Assembly: GCA_951406725.2 (NCBI GenBank)
Contig: OX597835.1
Location: 3,968,001 to 4,032,000, forward strand
DNA: 64,000 nucleotides
Origin: Octopus vulgaris
Lineage: Eukaryota
Direction of reading: 5' to 3'
The translations under genes were made by a program, and so were the position numbers. The notes under the pieces were generated by a model. It made no database searches. It was not told the DNA's origin and worked only from the letters and a program-made list of their open reading frames with translations. Shown one piece after another: positions 39,801 through 50,018 of this stretch. The stretch's first letter is position 1, and every line of letters begins with the position of its first letter.

Positions 39801-42800
39801 GGTGACTCTACCTGCTAGAAATAGCAGCTGAATTCCCTTCGGTACATTGCATATATTCATTAATTCATTTGTTTTACATCTGCTTTTCTATGCTGGCATG
39901 GGTTAGACTTATTGAGGTGGATACCCTTCATATCACCAAACTCACCAAGTTTTCAAGGAATATTTTTTTTATCCCACTTGTCATCAAAGTGTAGAAACAC
40001 AATACACTGTTTACAAATTATGCAAACCAGACTTCACCGTTTAGTACAAAGAGCATTGTGCAAAGTCACCAAGTGTAAATATTCAACACACACACACATA
40101 AAAGGCTTCCACACAGTTTCCATCAAGCAATTTCACTTCCAAAGCTTTGCCCACCCAAGGCTATTGTAGAAGACACTTGCTCAAGGTGCCATGCAGTGGA
40201 ACTGAACCCAGAACCATGTGGTTGCGAAGCAAACTACAGATCACACAGCCACACCTAGTGATGACAAGCATGGGAAGGAATATGGATGTTGCACAGATGG
40301 TAGTCGAACTAAGAAAGAAAGGTCAGGCTTGGCAGAACACTGGTCAGGTGGAAAGAGAGGAGATAGGTAGAGGCAGAGGGATAGAAGAATTAGGGAGGGA
40401 CGAGAAAAAAAGAAAAGGGACAGAGTGAAGTGAAGGAGGAGAGAAGGTGAGGATGAAGAGAAAGCCAGGAAATGTGAGAGAAAGGGAACGAAAGAAATAA
40501 GAGTGGAAAGAATGAAGTGTGAAGGGGCTGAAAGAAAAAGAGAATAAGAGAATCGTACAAAATTTATATATATATGTACTTACATATAAGATATCAAAGT
40601 GTACGTACACCGCTATATGTATATAAAAAAGAATGCAAAATATGGGACAAGAATGCGACAGGCAACAACAAAACATCCAGACAGTTGGATGATATATATA
40701 TATATGTGCAAAGTTGTTGGGCTCACAATCATGAGATAGTGAGTCTGATTTCCAGACAAGGCTATGTTGTGTTCTTGAGCAAGACACTTTATTTCACGTT
40801 GCTCCACTTCACTCATCTCTAGAAATGAGATGCGATGTCACTGGTGCCAAGATGTATTAGCCTTTCCCTTGGGTAACATCAGTGGCATGGAGAGGAGAGG
40901 ATGATATGCTTGGGTGACTGCTGGTCTTCTATAAACAACCTTGCCTGGACTTGTGCCTCAGAGGGTCACTTTCTCGGTGCAATCCCACGGTCAGTCTCAT
41001 GACCAAAGGGGGTCTTTTACATACATGTGTGTGTGTGTGTGTATCGTGACTGCTTTGTGGGTTGAACTTACTACCACTCCCTAAAGTACTACACTTATGC
41101 CTACATCCACTTTTTAACGTGTAACAAAGTATAGGCATCACAAGTTGTAGACTGACCAACAAGGAGAATATCTTTGGACGTTTAATGAACAGTTTGGTTC
41201 CAAATTCTTGGAACATCAACTGAATATGAGAAAGAGCTGAAAATGGCCGAAACACTGTGACTATATTAACCAAGATGATGACATCTGTGCGGCCATAAGC
41301 AGTGATTAATAAGTCCAGAGATGGATGATAAGTTTAATAATAGATTAAATCAGTCTGATCAAATGAAGCATTTATTATGCTATGAGTGGATTAATCCACA
41401 CACACACACACAATAGTTGTCAAGTTTAAAAGCAAGTATTAACTTTCATGACTAAGAAGCAGCCAATGTTCAATGAAACAAATCCAGTCTAACAGAGGTG
41501 TAATATTAAAGAGAAGTCCACAGGTGACCTCATCACCTGAGAAGGAGTGGTTCCTTTACAATTTATATTACTCAGCAATTTATATTGATTTACAATAGAC
41601 TATTTTTTTGTATAGCAATGGTTTACTTTCACCTCAGTTAATATCAAAATTTTTATGAAGAAAAAAAACACAAAACCATTTTCAAACTAATTCATACAAC
41701 AACCGGGAATAATTTCTGGATAGTTTTTGTTGTAGGAAAGAATAATTATCGGCCATCTTACTGTAATCTGAATTCTGGTTCTTGTAACTTGTTATCATGC
41801 TGGAAGCAGTACAAAGTGTACTGCTAAATGAAGAGGAGGAGTAGGAGGAGGAAGAGGTTAAATGTTTCAATATCACTTTCTATCTCCACCACTTAATTAT
41901 ACTGATGTAAGAAAAACTTCGAAAAAGGAAAAGCCATGGGAAAGCTGCTGCCCTACCACCACCGCCGCCCTCACCAATTGCTGTTCAATAGAAAGATTCT
42001 GTAATATTCTAATATGATAGCAAGTTGCGGAGGTGCGTGGCTTAGTGGTTAGGGTGTCGGCACCATGATCGTAAGATTGTGGTTTCGATTCCTGGACCGG
42101 GCGAAGCGTTGTGTTCTTGAGCAGAACACTTCATTTCACGTTGCTCCAGTCCACTCAGCTGGCAAATATGAGTAACGCTGCGATGGACTGGCGTCCCGTC
42201 CAGCTGGGGAACACATACGCCATGGAAACCGGGAAAGAAGAGAGACGGTGTGATGAAATTTTGATATGAATAATACTTGAGGGATTTTCCCCATTAAAAA
42301 CGAAAGATAGTTGCAGCAGCCTCACAAGTGGTTGGTTTTGAAGTCCCCGTTACTGAAACAAGGTTTGGCCTTAGGTGTCTATGTTGCACATGAATGATGT
42401 GCAGCTGGAGAAGGTGAGGAACGAATGAATGAGTGTGCACCATCTGCATAAGAGTGGGCTTTGGTGGAGGAGATGGCAAGATCATCACTGACATAGAGGA
42501 AGAAGAGAATGGAGGACAAAATCAAAGACTGGGATATTCCAGAGTGGCTTGAAAATGGAACAAAAGGAACGACACCTGTCACAAGTGTTATTCCCTTAGT
42601 TTCAATCTTGCAATCTCATTGGAAATACCACAAAAACATGTTATATAGATGTGTGTATATATATATATACATAGGTGCAGGTGTGGCTGTGAGGTTAGAT
42701 GTTTGCTTCCCAAACCACATGGTTCTGAGTTCAGTCCCAGTGCGTGGCACCTTGCAGGAGTGTCTCCAACTATAGTTCTAGGCTGATGAAAGCCTTGAAT

Positions 42801-45800
42801 GGTTTTGGGAGACGTAACCTGAAAGAAGTCCATTATATATCTTATATCTTTGACTTGCTTCAGTCGCTACACAGTGGCCATGCTGGGGCACTGCCTTGAA
42901 CTTTTAGTCAAATGAAACGACCTTAGTACTTCACACACACACATATATACACATATGTATATGTGATAGGCTTCTTTCAGTTTCTGTCACAAGGCTTTGG
43001 TCAGCCTGAGGCTACAGTACAAGACACTTACCAAAGGTGCCACGCAGTGGGACTGAACCCAGAACCATGTGGTTGGGAAGCAGCCACATGGTTTTTTCTT
43101 GAGAATAGAGCTGTTTCATACATACAAACACATGCACTTTATATATATATATATATGGGTATAGTTGTGTAGTAAGAAACCTGCTTCCCAACAACATGGT
43201 CCTGGGTTCAGTCCCACTGCGTGGCACCTTGAACAAGTGTCTTCTACTATAAGCCTCAGATCAACCAAAGACTTCTCTGGATTTGGTAGACAGAAACTGA
43301 AAGAAGCTCATCATATGTGCGTGTGTCTTTGTATCTGTGAGCTGGCAGAAACGTTAGCACGTCGGGCGAAATGCTTAGCGGTATTTCGTCTGCCGTTATG
43401 TTCTGAGTTCAAATTCCACCGAGGTCGACTTTGCCTTTCATCATTTCGGGGTCGATAAATGAAGTACCAGTTACGCACTGGGGTCGATATAATCGACTTA
43501 TAATAATATTAATAATGAAATTATTGTATACAGTGCTCAGGTGCACCACAACTTGTCAGAAAGTGCATATAAAGTACATGCAGTAGTGTAGAAATGTCTG
43601 GACTTTATATGCACTTTCTGACAAGTTGTGGTGCACTGTATACAATAATTTCATTATTATTATTATTATAAGTCGATTATAATCTTAATCCGTTTGTCTG
43701 TTCTTGTTTGTCCTCTCTGTGTTTAGCCCCTTGTGGGTAGTAAAGAAATAGGTATTTTGTTTGCCGTTAAGTTCTGAGTTCAAATTCCACCGAGGTCGAC
43801 TTTGCCTTTCATACTTTCGGGGTCAATTAAATAAGTACCAGTTACACACTGAGGTGGATGTGATCGACTTAATCCCTTTGTTTGTCCTTAATATGTTTAG
43901 TCCTCAGTGGGCAATAAAGAATCAAATATTTTATATTGCAGAAGGCGGCGAGCTTGCAAAAACATTAGCTCGGCGGGCGAAATGCTTAGCGGTATTTCAT
44001 GTCTTTACGTTCTGAGTTCAAATTTCGCCAAGGTCACATTTACCTTTCATTCTTTTGGGGTCGATAAATTAAGCACCAGTTGCGTACTGGGGTCGATCTA
44101 ATCGACTGGCCCCCCTCCCCCAAAATATCGGGCCTTGTATCTAGAGTAGAAAAAAATATTTTATATTGTAGAGGTTTCTAGCAGTTTGATTGGTTAAGTT
44201 CTAAAGTTTCTGATTCTATCATCAACATTTCTAGATGTTTACAGTCTCATCTGCAGGATGAAGTGACACTTCTGGGTATTGTTTCCGCTTTCACAGAAAG
44301 AAGGGGCACTGGGATCTGGGATTTGAACTCGTCGGGCAGACGACATAACAAACGTCGATTTGTGCATTTAAGGCACGTAAAAAGCACCATCCGTCCGTCG
44401 CCGTTTGCCAGCTCCGTCTGGCACCTGTGCGGGTGGCATGTAAAAAGCACCCACTACACTCACGGAGTGGTTGGCGTTAGGAAGGGCATCCAGCCGTAGA
44501 AACACTGCCAGATCAGACTGGGCCTGATGCAGCCTTCTGGCTTCACAGACCCCAGTTGAACCGTCCAACCCATGCTAGCATGGAAAGCGGACGCTAAATG
44601 ATGATGATGATGAAGGAATCCGTTTTGAATAAACTGCAAGAAATTCGGATGAAAATAAGGAAATGAAAACTTGATAAAAAGATAACAGAGAGAACAGTCG
44701 TGTCTTCTGTTCGCAACACGGTAAATACTTTGCATATAACATGTGTTTTAAATTTATGTATATTGCTATCAATATAAACGATACCGGAAATAACAATTCT
44801 CAATTTGGTCAGTCAATGAAGACGAGACCAAGAAACAATGACGAATGTGTAAAGATAGCTTGGCCACCAGGAATAGCCGAAACGAATCGAAAAATACTTA
44901 AGGCAATGTAGGGGGAATATGGTACTATTTAAGAAGAGTGGTCCCGGTGCGCGCACTCGCGCATCCGCGCTAGCTAGTCGTGACTAGTCGATCCTTACTT
45001 TGTGTTTTTGTGTTTTATTTACTTTGTTTAAAAAATTATCTATTTTGTGTGAAAAAAATTATTTATTTTGTGTTTTATTTACTATGCTAGGTAGTCGTTG
45101 TAGGATCGACTAGTCACGACTAGCTAGCAAGTCGGATGCGCGAGTACGCGAGTGCGCGCACCGGGACCACTCTTCTTAAATAGTACCGGGGAATATTATT
45201 ACGTTTTCATTTATTAAAACAAAATAATAATAAATCGTCAAAATATAAAATCAGCTAACGTTTATACACCCACAGACAACTCGCATTACATATACATTAT
45301 ACACACACTCATTCACGAAAGAAGAAAGCTTGAAAAGTTACAATGAGCAATAGACAATGTGATAATGATAATCACAACGATGATAACGATAACATCGTGT
45401 TTAGATATCGTGTGTACACAGACAGACACGAGCGCTAGTATCATAAGAAGTGCAATTGTTCAAATCAGACGAGGCGAGAGGCACCTCAACGCAGGCTAGG
45501 AGGAGCAGGTGCTTTCTGCATCTAAATTGAGCGGTTCACTAATTTTTGGCAACACAGACGTCTATACACACACACACACACACACGCACATGCCAATGGA
45601 TCTTAAATTACGAACACTGAAGCATTAACTGGCCAATATGAGTACCTTTAGGCGGTCATTCGACCTGCTAGACATAGCAACCAGGTTTTCTTCAAAATCA
45701 CACCTAACGTACTTTCTGAGAACGGATAATGTGGTCCAGATTGGTTTGTTTTACGGTACAGTCAAGGCTGGAATGTCTATTATAACAGGCTTCACCTGGG

Positions 45801-47845
45801 GTAAATTCTATGAGGTTTGACCTGGGGATAAACAACATCATACAAGCTAAAAGGAGGAGCTACTATGTGGTCATTTGAGCGGCTGGAAATAGCAACCTTA
45901 TCTAACTCAAATCATGCTCTACCGGCGTTAAAAAAAAAAGACATGTAAATGGGATGGTCACGACTGGATTATCTCTGCTCGTAAGTTTGATCGATAAGGG
46001 TAAATAACAGCAACAACAAACACAAGACACACAAACGAGGGTGTCACTGCGTGGTCGCTTGACCTGCTAGAAATAGTAGACAAGTCTTCATATCACATCC
46101 GACAGCCTTAAAACCATAAAAAAAAGTTAGACAATGAAATGATGACTACAAAAATATGTAACTACCACACGAGACTGGAATGGCTTTGATCAGGATAGGC
46201 CGTGGGTTAAACACCACCTTCGTATACTGTAGTATTTGAAAATATAAGAAGTTTGTGTTGGGCAAATAAAATCGGTTAGAAGTTTGACACCAAACAACCA
46301 GCGCCAATTAAACAGACACCCCTAGTATCGAATAGCATCCTACGTGACCCACCCCTTTTAATAAAATGAAGGTTAGGATACAATTAAACGTACATAATTA
46401 GCTTTTTCTTTCACTTGTTTCAGTCGTAAGACAGCGGCTAAACTGGTGCTCCGCCTTGAAAAATTTTAATCAAACGAATCGATACAAGAAGTACATTTTT
46501 TAAAGTCAGGTACTTATTCTATCGATCACTAGGTTACGGGGACGTAAACACACCAACACCGTTTGTCAAGCGGTGGGGGGCAAACATCGACACAAAGACA
46601 CCCACAGCCCCACGACGGGCTTCTTTCAGTTTCCCTCTATCAAATCCACTCGCAAAGCTTCGAGCAGCCCAGGGCTACAGTAGAAGACATACATATTACT
46701 AAAAATTAAGAGTTAATCGTAAATGATATATGCTTGAGCTAAATTTTTAATCATGTTATTTGAGGAAAGTCACAATGCCCGAGATCAACATTGATCTAAA
46801 ATACGATCAAAGGCCATTATCTAGCCATCACCATCACATCTGATTTTCAGACAATACATTTAGGACTATTATTCAAATTGCATCCTACTTTTCTATTAGG
46901 TCGTTCACCCGATATCAGAGGAGTTTGGTTGTTCTTTCAGAAAGGTCAACTGGCCACGTACAGGCTCCTGACTTCTTTAATAATTGAAAGGGAGCGGCGA
47001 AGGACAGGCAATAACAGTCCGAAATTTTTGCCCCAATATAGAAATGTGTGTTTGTGTGAGTGATTGATAATATGACATATCCACGAAATTGTGCCCCACC
47101 CACGAATTTGCTACTTTACAATTTTCTGAAATGCTTATTTAAAAAAAAATTTTTTTTTAAAGGAACTTTGCAGAAATACGTAATCGAGGGAACAAATTAT
47201 AAAAATGTTGATAAAAATAATAAAATAAATTTTACTTTAGACAATTTTTCTTTATTTTTTTCCCTCCCTTTCACATTTCTTACCAACAATTTCCCGCACT
47301 TTCTATTTTTTCAGATATCTACATTACATTACATTAAGGCATCGACATTACATAATTTATATCTTGGAAAACATCAGATCTGCAAAATTTCATTTAAAAA
47401 AAATGCATTTTGGGGGAAAGTTATGCGAAAAACAAAGAGGCGGGGCATTAAAGTGTAGTTATACATCTTAGGAATTAATGTATTTTCGGGCGTTTAATTT
47501 AGTAATTAGCTGTGGACACGGGGGAAAAGTAATCGACCCTAATAATACATGGAAAGTTGAACGATCGCGAAGAAACGGATGATGTTGGAAGCCGGAATAA
47601 AAGAAGAACGAAAGTAGAAAGTTGGGAATCTCTTTGAAGAGAATTTTCGAAAATCACGAGTCAGAAGAGGAAGGAAAGAGATCAGAGAAGGTTTCTGAAG
47701 AGGTTCGGATTTATATTTTATGTAACAATGGCTAGGGTTACGGATAGATAGGCAGACATTATTATTATTATTATTATTGTGGTTTGTAAACAAGAAATCC
47801 CAAGACAAAAGAAATTGCAGCCAACTTACTGAGAGTGTAAGACAT
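3250..47845 (-). CDS. WDR1: WD repeat-containing protein 1 / actin-interacting protein 1 (multi-exon, 3'-incomplete in window)
   Basis: Manually spliced exons give [87 protein letters not shown]...[29 protein letters not shown]...EGPPFKF..., the recognisable AIP1/WDR1 sequence. 14 exons, 1539 nt, no stops, all phases compatible. Confidence 0.96.
3828..4049. mobile_element. piggyBac-type MITE
   Basis: TTAA on both sides; TIR CCCTTTAG...CTAAAGGG. A partial relative ends at about 30183. Confidence 0.8.
4170..4277 (-). CDS. WDR1: WDR1 exon 13 ([10 protein letters not shown]...GSLLAVGGV)
   Basis: 108 nt, tttcccAG / GTAAGT. Confidence 0.92.
4985..5207 (+). mobile_element. tRNA-derived SINE (family B, about 230 bp)
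   Basis: TGGCAGAAACGTTAGC...GAGTTCAAATTCC head, GTCGAC..GCCTTTCATCCTTT.GGGGTCGATAAA core, AATAAAGAAATA tail. Other copies at about 7550-7752 (-), 10620-10772, 43338-44150, 53220-53826, 54290-54480 (-), 58615-58845. Confidence 0.85.
5787..5868 (-). CDS. WDR1: WDR1 exon 12 ([27 protein letters not shown])
   Basis: 82 nt, ttttcAG / GTAATT. Confidence 0.92.
5976..6445 (+). mobile_element. RTE-LINE 3'UTR-type element with an internal 63-bp tandem repeat (about 4.7 units) and a (GAT)n tail, nested in a CR1 tail
   Basis: GCCAGCCTCG recurs at 5981, 6044, 6107, 6170, 6233. Same 3' end as 9081-9994 and 44370-44612. The flanks rejoin into the CR1 tail seen at 29043 and 43500. Confidence 0.75.
6671..6824 (-). 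CDS. WDR1: WDR1 exon 11 ([21 protein letters not shown]...[12 protein letters not shown]...)
   Basis: 154 nt, AC acceptor, GTAAGT donor. Confidence 0.93.
6825..7974 (-). other. U12-type (minor spliceosome) AT-AC intron of WDR1
   Basis: 5' ss ATATCCTTTT at 7974-7965; branch sequence TTTTTCCTTAAT at 6845-6834; 3' end ...CTCAC at 6825; splicing gives in-frame GHI-N-YWD. Confidence 0.93.
7975..8056 (-). CDS. WDR1: WDR1 exon 10 ([27 protein letters not shown])
   Basis: 82 nt, ctAG acceptor, followed by the U12 donor ATATCCTTTT. Confidence 0.93.
8349..8470. mobile_element. Tc1/mariner (pogo/Tc2-like) terminal fragment
   Basis: Ends in TATACTCGAGGATTTACGG-TA with repeated subterminal TATAC motifs. 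Confidence 0.5.
9081..9994 (+). mobile_element. 5'-truncated RTE-clade LINE (ORF C-terminus, 3'UTR, (GAT)n tail)
   Basis: [21 protein letters not shown]...MLRWMC and [16 protein letters not shown] motifs typical of the RTE C-terminus; frameshifted. Confidence 0.85.
10312..10453 (-). CDS. WDR1: WDR1 exon 9 ([17 protein letters not shown]...[10 protein letters not shown]...PLRVLK)
   Basis: 142 nt, ttttccAG / GTGGGT. Confidence 0.93.
11380..12220 (-). mobile_element. Cluster of three tRNA-derived SINEs (families C/D)
   Basis: Repeated heads (minus strand: TGGCT.AGTGGTTAG...GTTCAATTCC) followed by GTGTTCTTGAGCAAGACACTT. Relatives at 8571-8826 (-) and 42028-42235 (+). Confidence 0.75.
12502..12593 (-). 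CDS. WDR1: WDR1 exon 8 ([30 protein letters not shown])
   Basis: 92 nt, AG/GTAAGT; WD40 signature [10 protein letters not shown]. Confidence 0.95.
14644..14721 (-). CDS. WDR1: WDR1 exon 7 ([26 protein letters not shown])
   Basis: 78 nt, polyT-gtAG / GTAAG. Confidence 0.95.
15840..16215 (+). mobile_element. Degenerate LINE reverse-transcriptase fragment (CR1/L2/Jockey-like)
   Basis: LDINKTF...[18 protein letters not shown]..(Y/H)DTTLHFS resembles the RT GVPQGS / YADD region. Duplicated at about 23170-23550. Confidence 0.7.
16431..16508 (-). CDS. WDR1: WDR1 exon 6 ([26 protein letters not shown])
   Basis: 78 nt, ttttgcAG / GTAAGT. Confidence 0.95.
16828..17400 (-). mobile_element. Penelope-like (pLTR-type) repeat between two (TA)n tracts
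   Basis: Contains a minimal hammerhead-like motif. Related fragments at 16692-16782 (+), 38108-38215 (+), 40540-40700 (-), 49760-49912 (+); duplicate at 24156-24735. Confidence 0.55.
16917..16952 (-). ncRNA. Minimal type I hammerhead ribozyme-like motif (variant core)
   Basis: cttt-CTGTAGA-A-GAGC(gtag)GCTC-GAAA-CG-TA-aaag: stem I cttt/aaag, stem II GAGC/GCTC, ACGT palindromic stem III, GUA site; A6 replaced by U. Confidence 0.55.
17611..17791 (-). CDS. WDR1: WDR1 exon 5 ([19 protein letters not shown]...[11 protein letters not shown])
   Basis: 181 nt, AG/GTGAGT boundaries. Confidence 0.95.
17820..18040. mobile_element. piggyBac-type MITE (second family)
   Basis: TTAA flanks; TIR CCCTTTCGTTAC / GTAACGAAAAGC. 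Duplicate at about 25158-25380. Confidence 0.7.
18519..18666 (-). CDS. WDR1: WDR1 exon 4 ([11 protein letters not shown]...VAGDGKG)
   Basis: 148 nt, ttccAG / GTACGT boundaries; overlaps ORF 18455..18754. Confidence 0.95.
19690..19780 (-). CDS. WDR1: WDR1 exon 3 ([11 protein letters not shown]...SGFYIASG)
   Basis: 91 nt, AG/GTAAG boundaries. Confidence 0.95.
19893..20070. repeat. 20-bp minisatellite (GGGCCTGCAACCAGGAACGT) x9
   Basis: Direct inspection; duplicate at 27417-27596. Confidence 0.95.
20423..20544 (-). CDS. WDR1: WDR1 exon 2 ([12 protein letters not shown]...VVIRDIE)
   Basis: 122 nt, tttcAG acceptor, GTAAGT donor. Confidence 0.95.
20831..20930. other. Assembly gap (100 N)
   Basis: Run of exactly 100 N. 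Confidence 1.
20931..28352 (-). other. WDR1: Second copy of 13588-20830 containing WDR1 exons 2-7 (27947-28068, 27214-27304, scrambled 25879-26169, 24949-25129, 23781-23858, 21983-22060); probable haplotypic false duplication
   Basis: Colinear near-identical direct repeat whose two copies end and start exactly at the N gap. Confidence 0.88.
29043..29245 (-). mobile_element. CR1-clade LINE 3' end
   Basis: Minus strand [23 protein letters not shown]...SFK (CR1 ORF2 C-terminus), stop, short UTR, (TTA)n tail. Confidence 0.85.
30685..30873. mobile_element. hAT (Charlie-like) MITE
   Basis: TIR CAGTGGTTTTCAA / TTGAAAAGCACTG; perfect 8-bp TSD TTCTACAA. Confidence 0.9.
33520..34097 (+). mobile_element. 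Full-length tRNA-derived SINE (family A) with a family B fragment nested in its (TA)n linker
   Basis: GGAGTGGCTGTGTGGTAAG...GGTTCAGTCCC head, GTAAAAGA-repeat tail; insert at about 33710-33845. Confidence 0.85.
34555..34925 (-). mobile_element. Non-autonomous Helitron
   Basis: Minus strand begins A|TC(TCTCTATATAA) and ends with hairpin CCCG-AGCAACGC-CGGG then CTAG|T; no TSD. Confidence 0.8.
37259..37671 (-). mobile_element. Full-length SINE family A
   Basis: Complete head to GTAAAAGA tail; near-identical to 38221-38619 and 55731-56113. Confidence 0.9.
37827..37869 (+). ncRNA. Degenerate minimal type I hammerhead motif
   Basis: tccaga-CTGATGA-a-GAG(caaagc)CTC-a-GAAA-CTAG-T-G-tctgga: 6-bp stem I, palindromic CTAG loop; position 17 is G (predicted non-cleavable). 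Confidence 0.5.
38221..38619 (+). mobile_element. SINE family A (slightly 5'-truncated), inverted relative to 37259-37671
   Basis: Direct comparison. Confidence 0.9.
39195..39570. repeat. Compound (TG)n-AAAAT minisatellite
   Basis: Repeated GTGTGTGTAAAAT(A/T)GTG units. Confidence 0.9.
42300..42580 (-). mobile_element. Degenerate LINE RT fragment
   Basis: [21 protein letters not shown]...HSYADG resembles SGVPQGSVLSPILFLLYINDL...SYADD. Confidence 0.65.
43488..43681. repeat. Inverted repeat of a CR1 3' tail inside a family B SINE
   Basis: Arms 43488-43575 and 43602-43681, 26-nt spacer. Confidence 0.85.
44921..45187. mobile_element. Mutator (MULE)-type MITE
   Basis: About 41-bp perfect TIR GGTACTATTTAAGAAGAGTGGTCCCGGTGCGCGCACTCGCG, extending to about 75 bp; perfect 9-bp TSD GGGGAATAT. 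Confidence 0.85.
47830..47845 (-). CDS. WDR1: WDR1 coding exon 1 (ATG TCT TAC ACT CTC A; MSYTL + 1 nt)
   Basis: cggcgATG context, GTAAGT donor, phase 1 completes AAA (Lys) with exon 2; parallels the short MPYEIK start of vertebrate WDR1; CpG-rich surroundings. Confidence 0.85.
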
Positions 47846-48230
47846 CGCCGCTGATTGCTGTGCAGACAAATGGGGAGAGAGATTTCCGTCAACGTCCGCT
47901 CGATCCCGGAACTGCTTTCGGCTGCCTACACATACATTAGAAATAAATGCATCACATGTGTGTATATATATCTATATCTATATATAATATATGTATATAT
48001 ATATACAGATATATATTATATATAAATATATATATTTATAAGGTTGTATAAATTCTTTTATTTGTGTGTGTGTATATCTGTGGTGGTGGGGGGGTGCAAC
48101 ATTTCCGTTAGTTGTCGGCAAATTCCGCAAGCCACACCTGCTGCAAACAAAAAGACCGGCTTTACAACGATATATGATTTATTTCTATGAAAGCACATTA
48201 CAGAAATAAAATTTGTTCACATTCTGGCGA
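47846..48230 (-). promoter_or_regulatory. Putative WDR1 5'UTR/promoter region
   Basis: Locally CpG-enriched non-TE sequence immediately upstream of the ATG; no TSS can be fixed from sequence. Confidence 0.4.
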
Positions 48231-48379
48231 ATAAAGAATGGGAGCTGTTTTAAACATTTGGAGATTTTCATGTCGTATGTAATGTCTGTCATTATTCAGT
48301 TTATTTCAATATTTCTTATTATATTTCTTCAATATTTCTAACCTAGATCCAAAGCTCCTTCATTGGCATTTCAACATCA

Positions 48380-49700
48380 ACAACAGGGTATTTTTGTATG
48401 TATGTATATGCAGATTTGTATGCTATAAGTATGTATTCCCATGCATATAGTTGCATATCTAGACATGCTCATATATATTTAAATGAGAAACTTCTGGAAA
48501 GTTTTACAGATTTTTACAGTTCCAGTGATGGATTGGATCTGTAGTCTTCGAATTAGCTTTCTCCTTTCTGGTTTTTTAAGAAGCCTAATTTCTCGTGATT
48601 GGTATTTAGGCAGTGTGCTACATATCCCAGGGCCCAATAAGTACAGGTATGAACCTTAACTCGTAATCTGGACAGAGTAACTGTAGATTTCTCAATAGTT
48701 CAGCATAGGAGTTCTCTTTTTCACTGATCTTCAGCTTTATGTTAACATCCACAGTGTAGCTAATTACCACAACTGTACACAGTTTCTCTTCTCTATCCCA
48801 AATCATTATATCAGGTTTATAGTTTTCCCCCTTTACACACCATATAACAACATTTATCCTGACCAAACTCCTGCATCCTTTCAAAATGTTGTAACTAGGT
48901 CAAAGGATCTTTTTCATCTCATGCATATTCTTTGCATAAAGTTTTAAGTCATCCTCAAAGAAACAGTGTGTCATTTTGGTATTTCTGCTTCATTGTGAAC
49001 CACTGAGATACCCTTCAGACTTCCTTAACATGAATGACAAGGGATTTACAGAAAGTACAAATAATATCCCAGGGAGGCTGACTCTTTGGAATATGACTTT
49101 GCGATACTGTATTCTATCGGTGATAATACAGTCACTCTTTGTATTTAATTTCAAGATGGTGGCCCACGATGAAGTCAGGTCAGCCATGGCTTTGACTATT
49201 CTCACTGGAACTTTAGCAAATTGAAGGGCTTCTTGCATCCATGAGTGGGGAACAGAGTCAAAAGCTTTCTTGTAGTCCAGCCACATTAAAACTAGGTTCC
49301 TCCTATGCTCTCGCACCTCTGACATCACAGTTTTGTTGATTAACAATTTGCCTGGCACATCCCCAGACTCCCTTCTTCCCAGCTGCTTGTTCTGCTGTGA
49401 TACTGTTATTGGTTTCATAATGGTCCTGGAGGAAGAGGTTTAAACATGCTGTACATATCTTATACATTAAGTTCTGGCATACAATTGGCTGATAGTTTTT
49501 TGCCATGTGGGTGGTTCTGCATTTGGAGATCAATTTTGTCTCTGCCAGAGCTAAATAGTGTGGTATACTACTGTTCCCAATGAGAGCTTGCTAGTTCAAA
49601 TTGATAAGATATGGTTGGTAGAATGGTAGCTTCTTGTACCAATATCCAACAATCAAGTCTCTACCAGGAGCTTTTCCATTCGGGAGTTTCTGGATCGCAG
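48380..49700 (-). mobile_element. Degenerate R4/Dong-like RLE non-LTR retrotransposon (RT plus restriction-like endonuclease fragments)
   Basis: KLPNGKAPGRD, NYQPIVC..LMYK, WLDYKKAFDSVPHSW, HCFFEDDLKLYAK, KPDIMIWD...K..Y; frameshifts and an internal deletion. Confidence 0.85.
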
Positions 49701-49973
49701 TTGTATGTATGTATGTATTTATGTACATATGTACGTATGTACGTATGTACATACGTACATTCTCTCTCCATTTTTTCCTCTCCATCCTTTCTGTCAAAGA
49801 GCATAGCCTCGAAACATCAAAGACTTTTCCATTCTTCCCGAGCGTCAAAACTAATACACCTTGTTGTTCCCTCACTTGTCTTCATCTTTTGTTTTCGGTA
49901 AATTTGAACTATTTTTTTTACTTGTTTTAGTCACCTGACTGCAGTCACACATACACACACACACACATTCACT

Positions 49974-50018
<45 letters not shown>

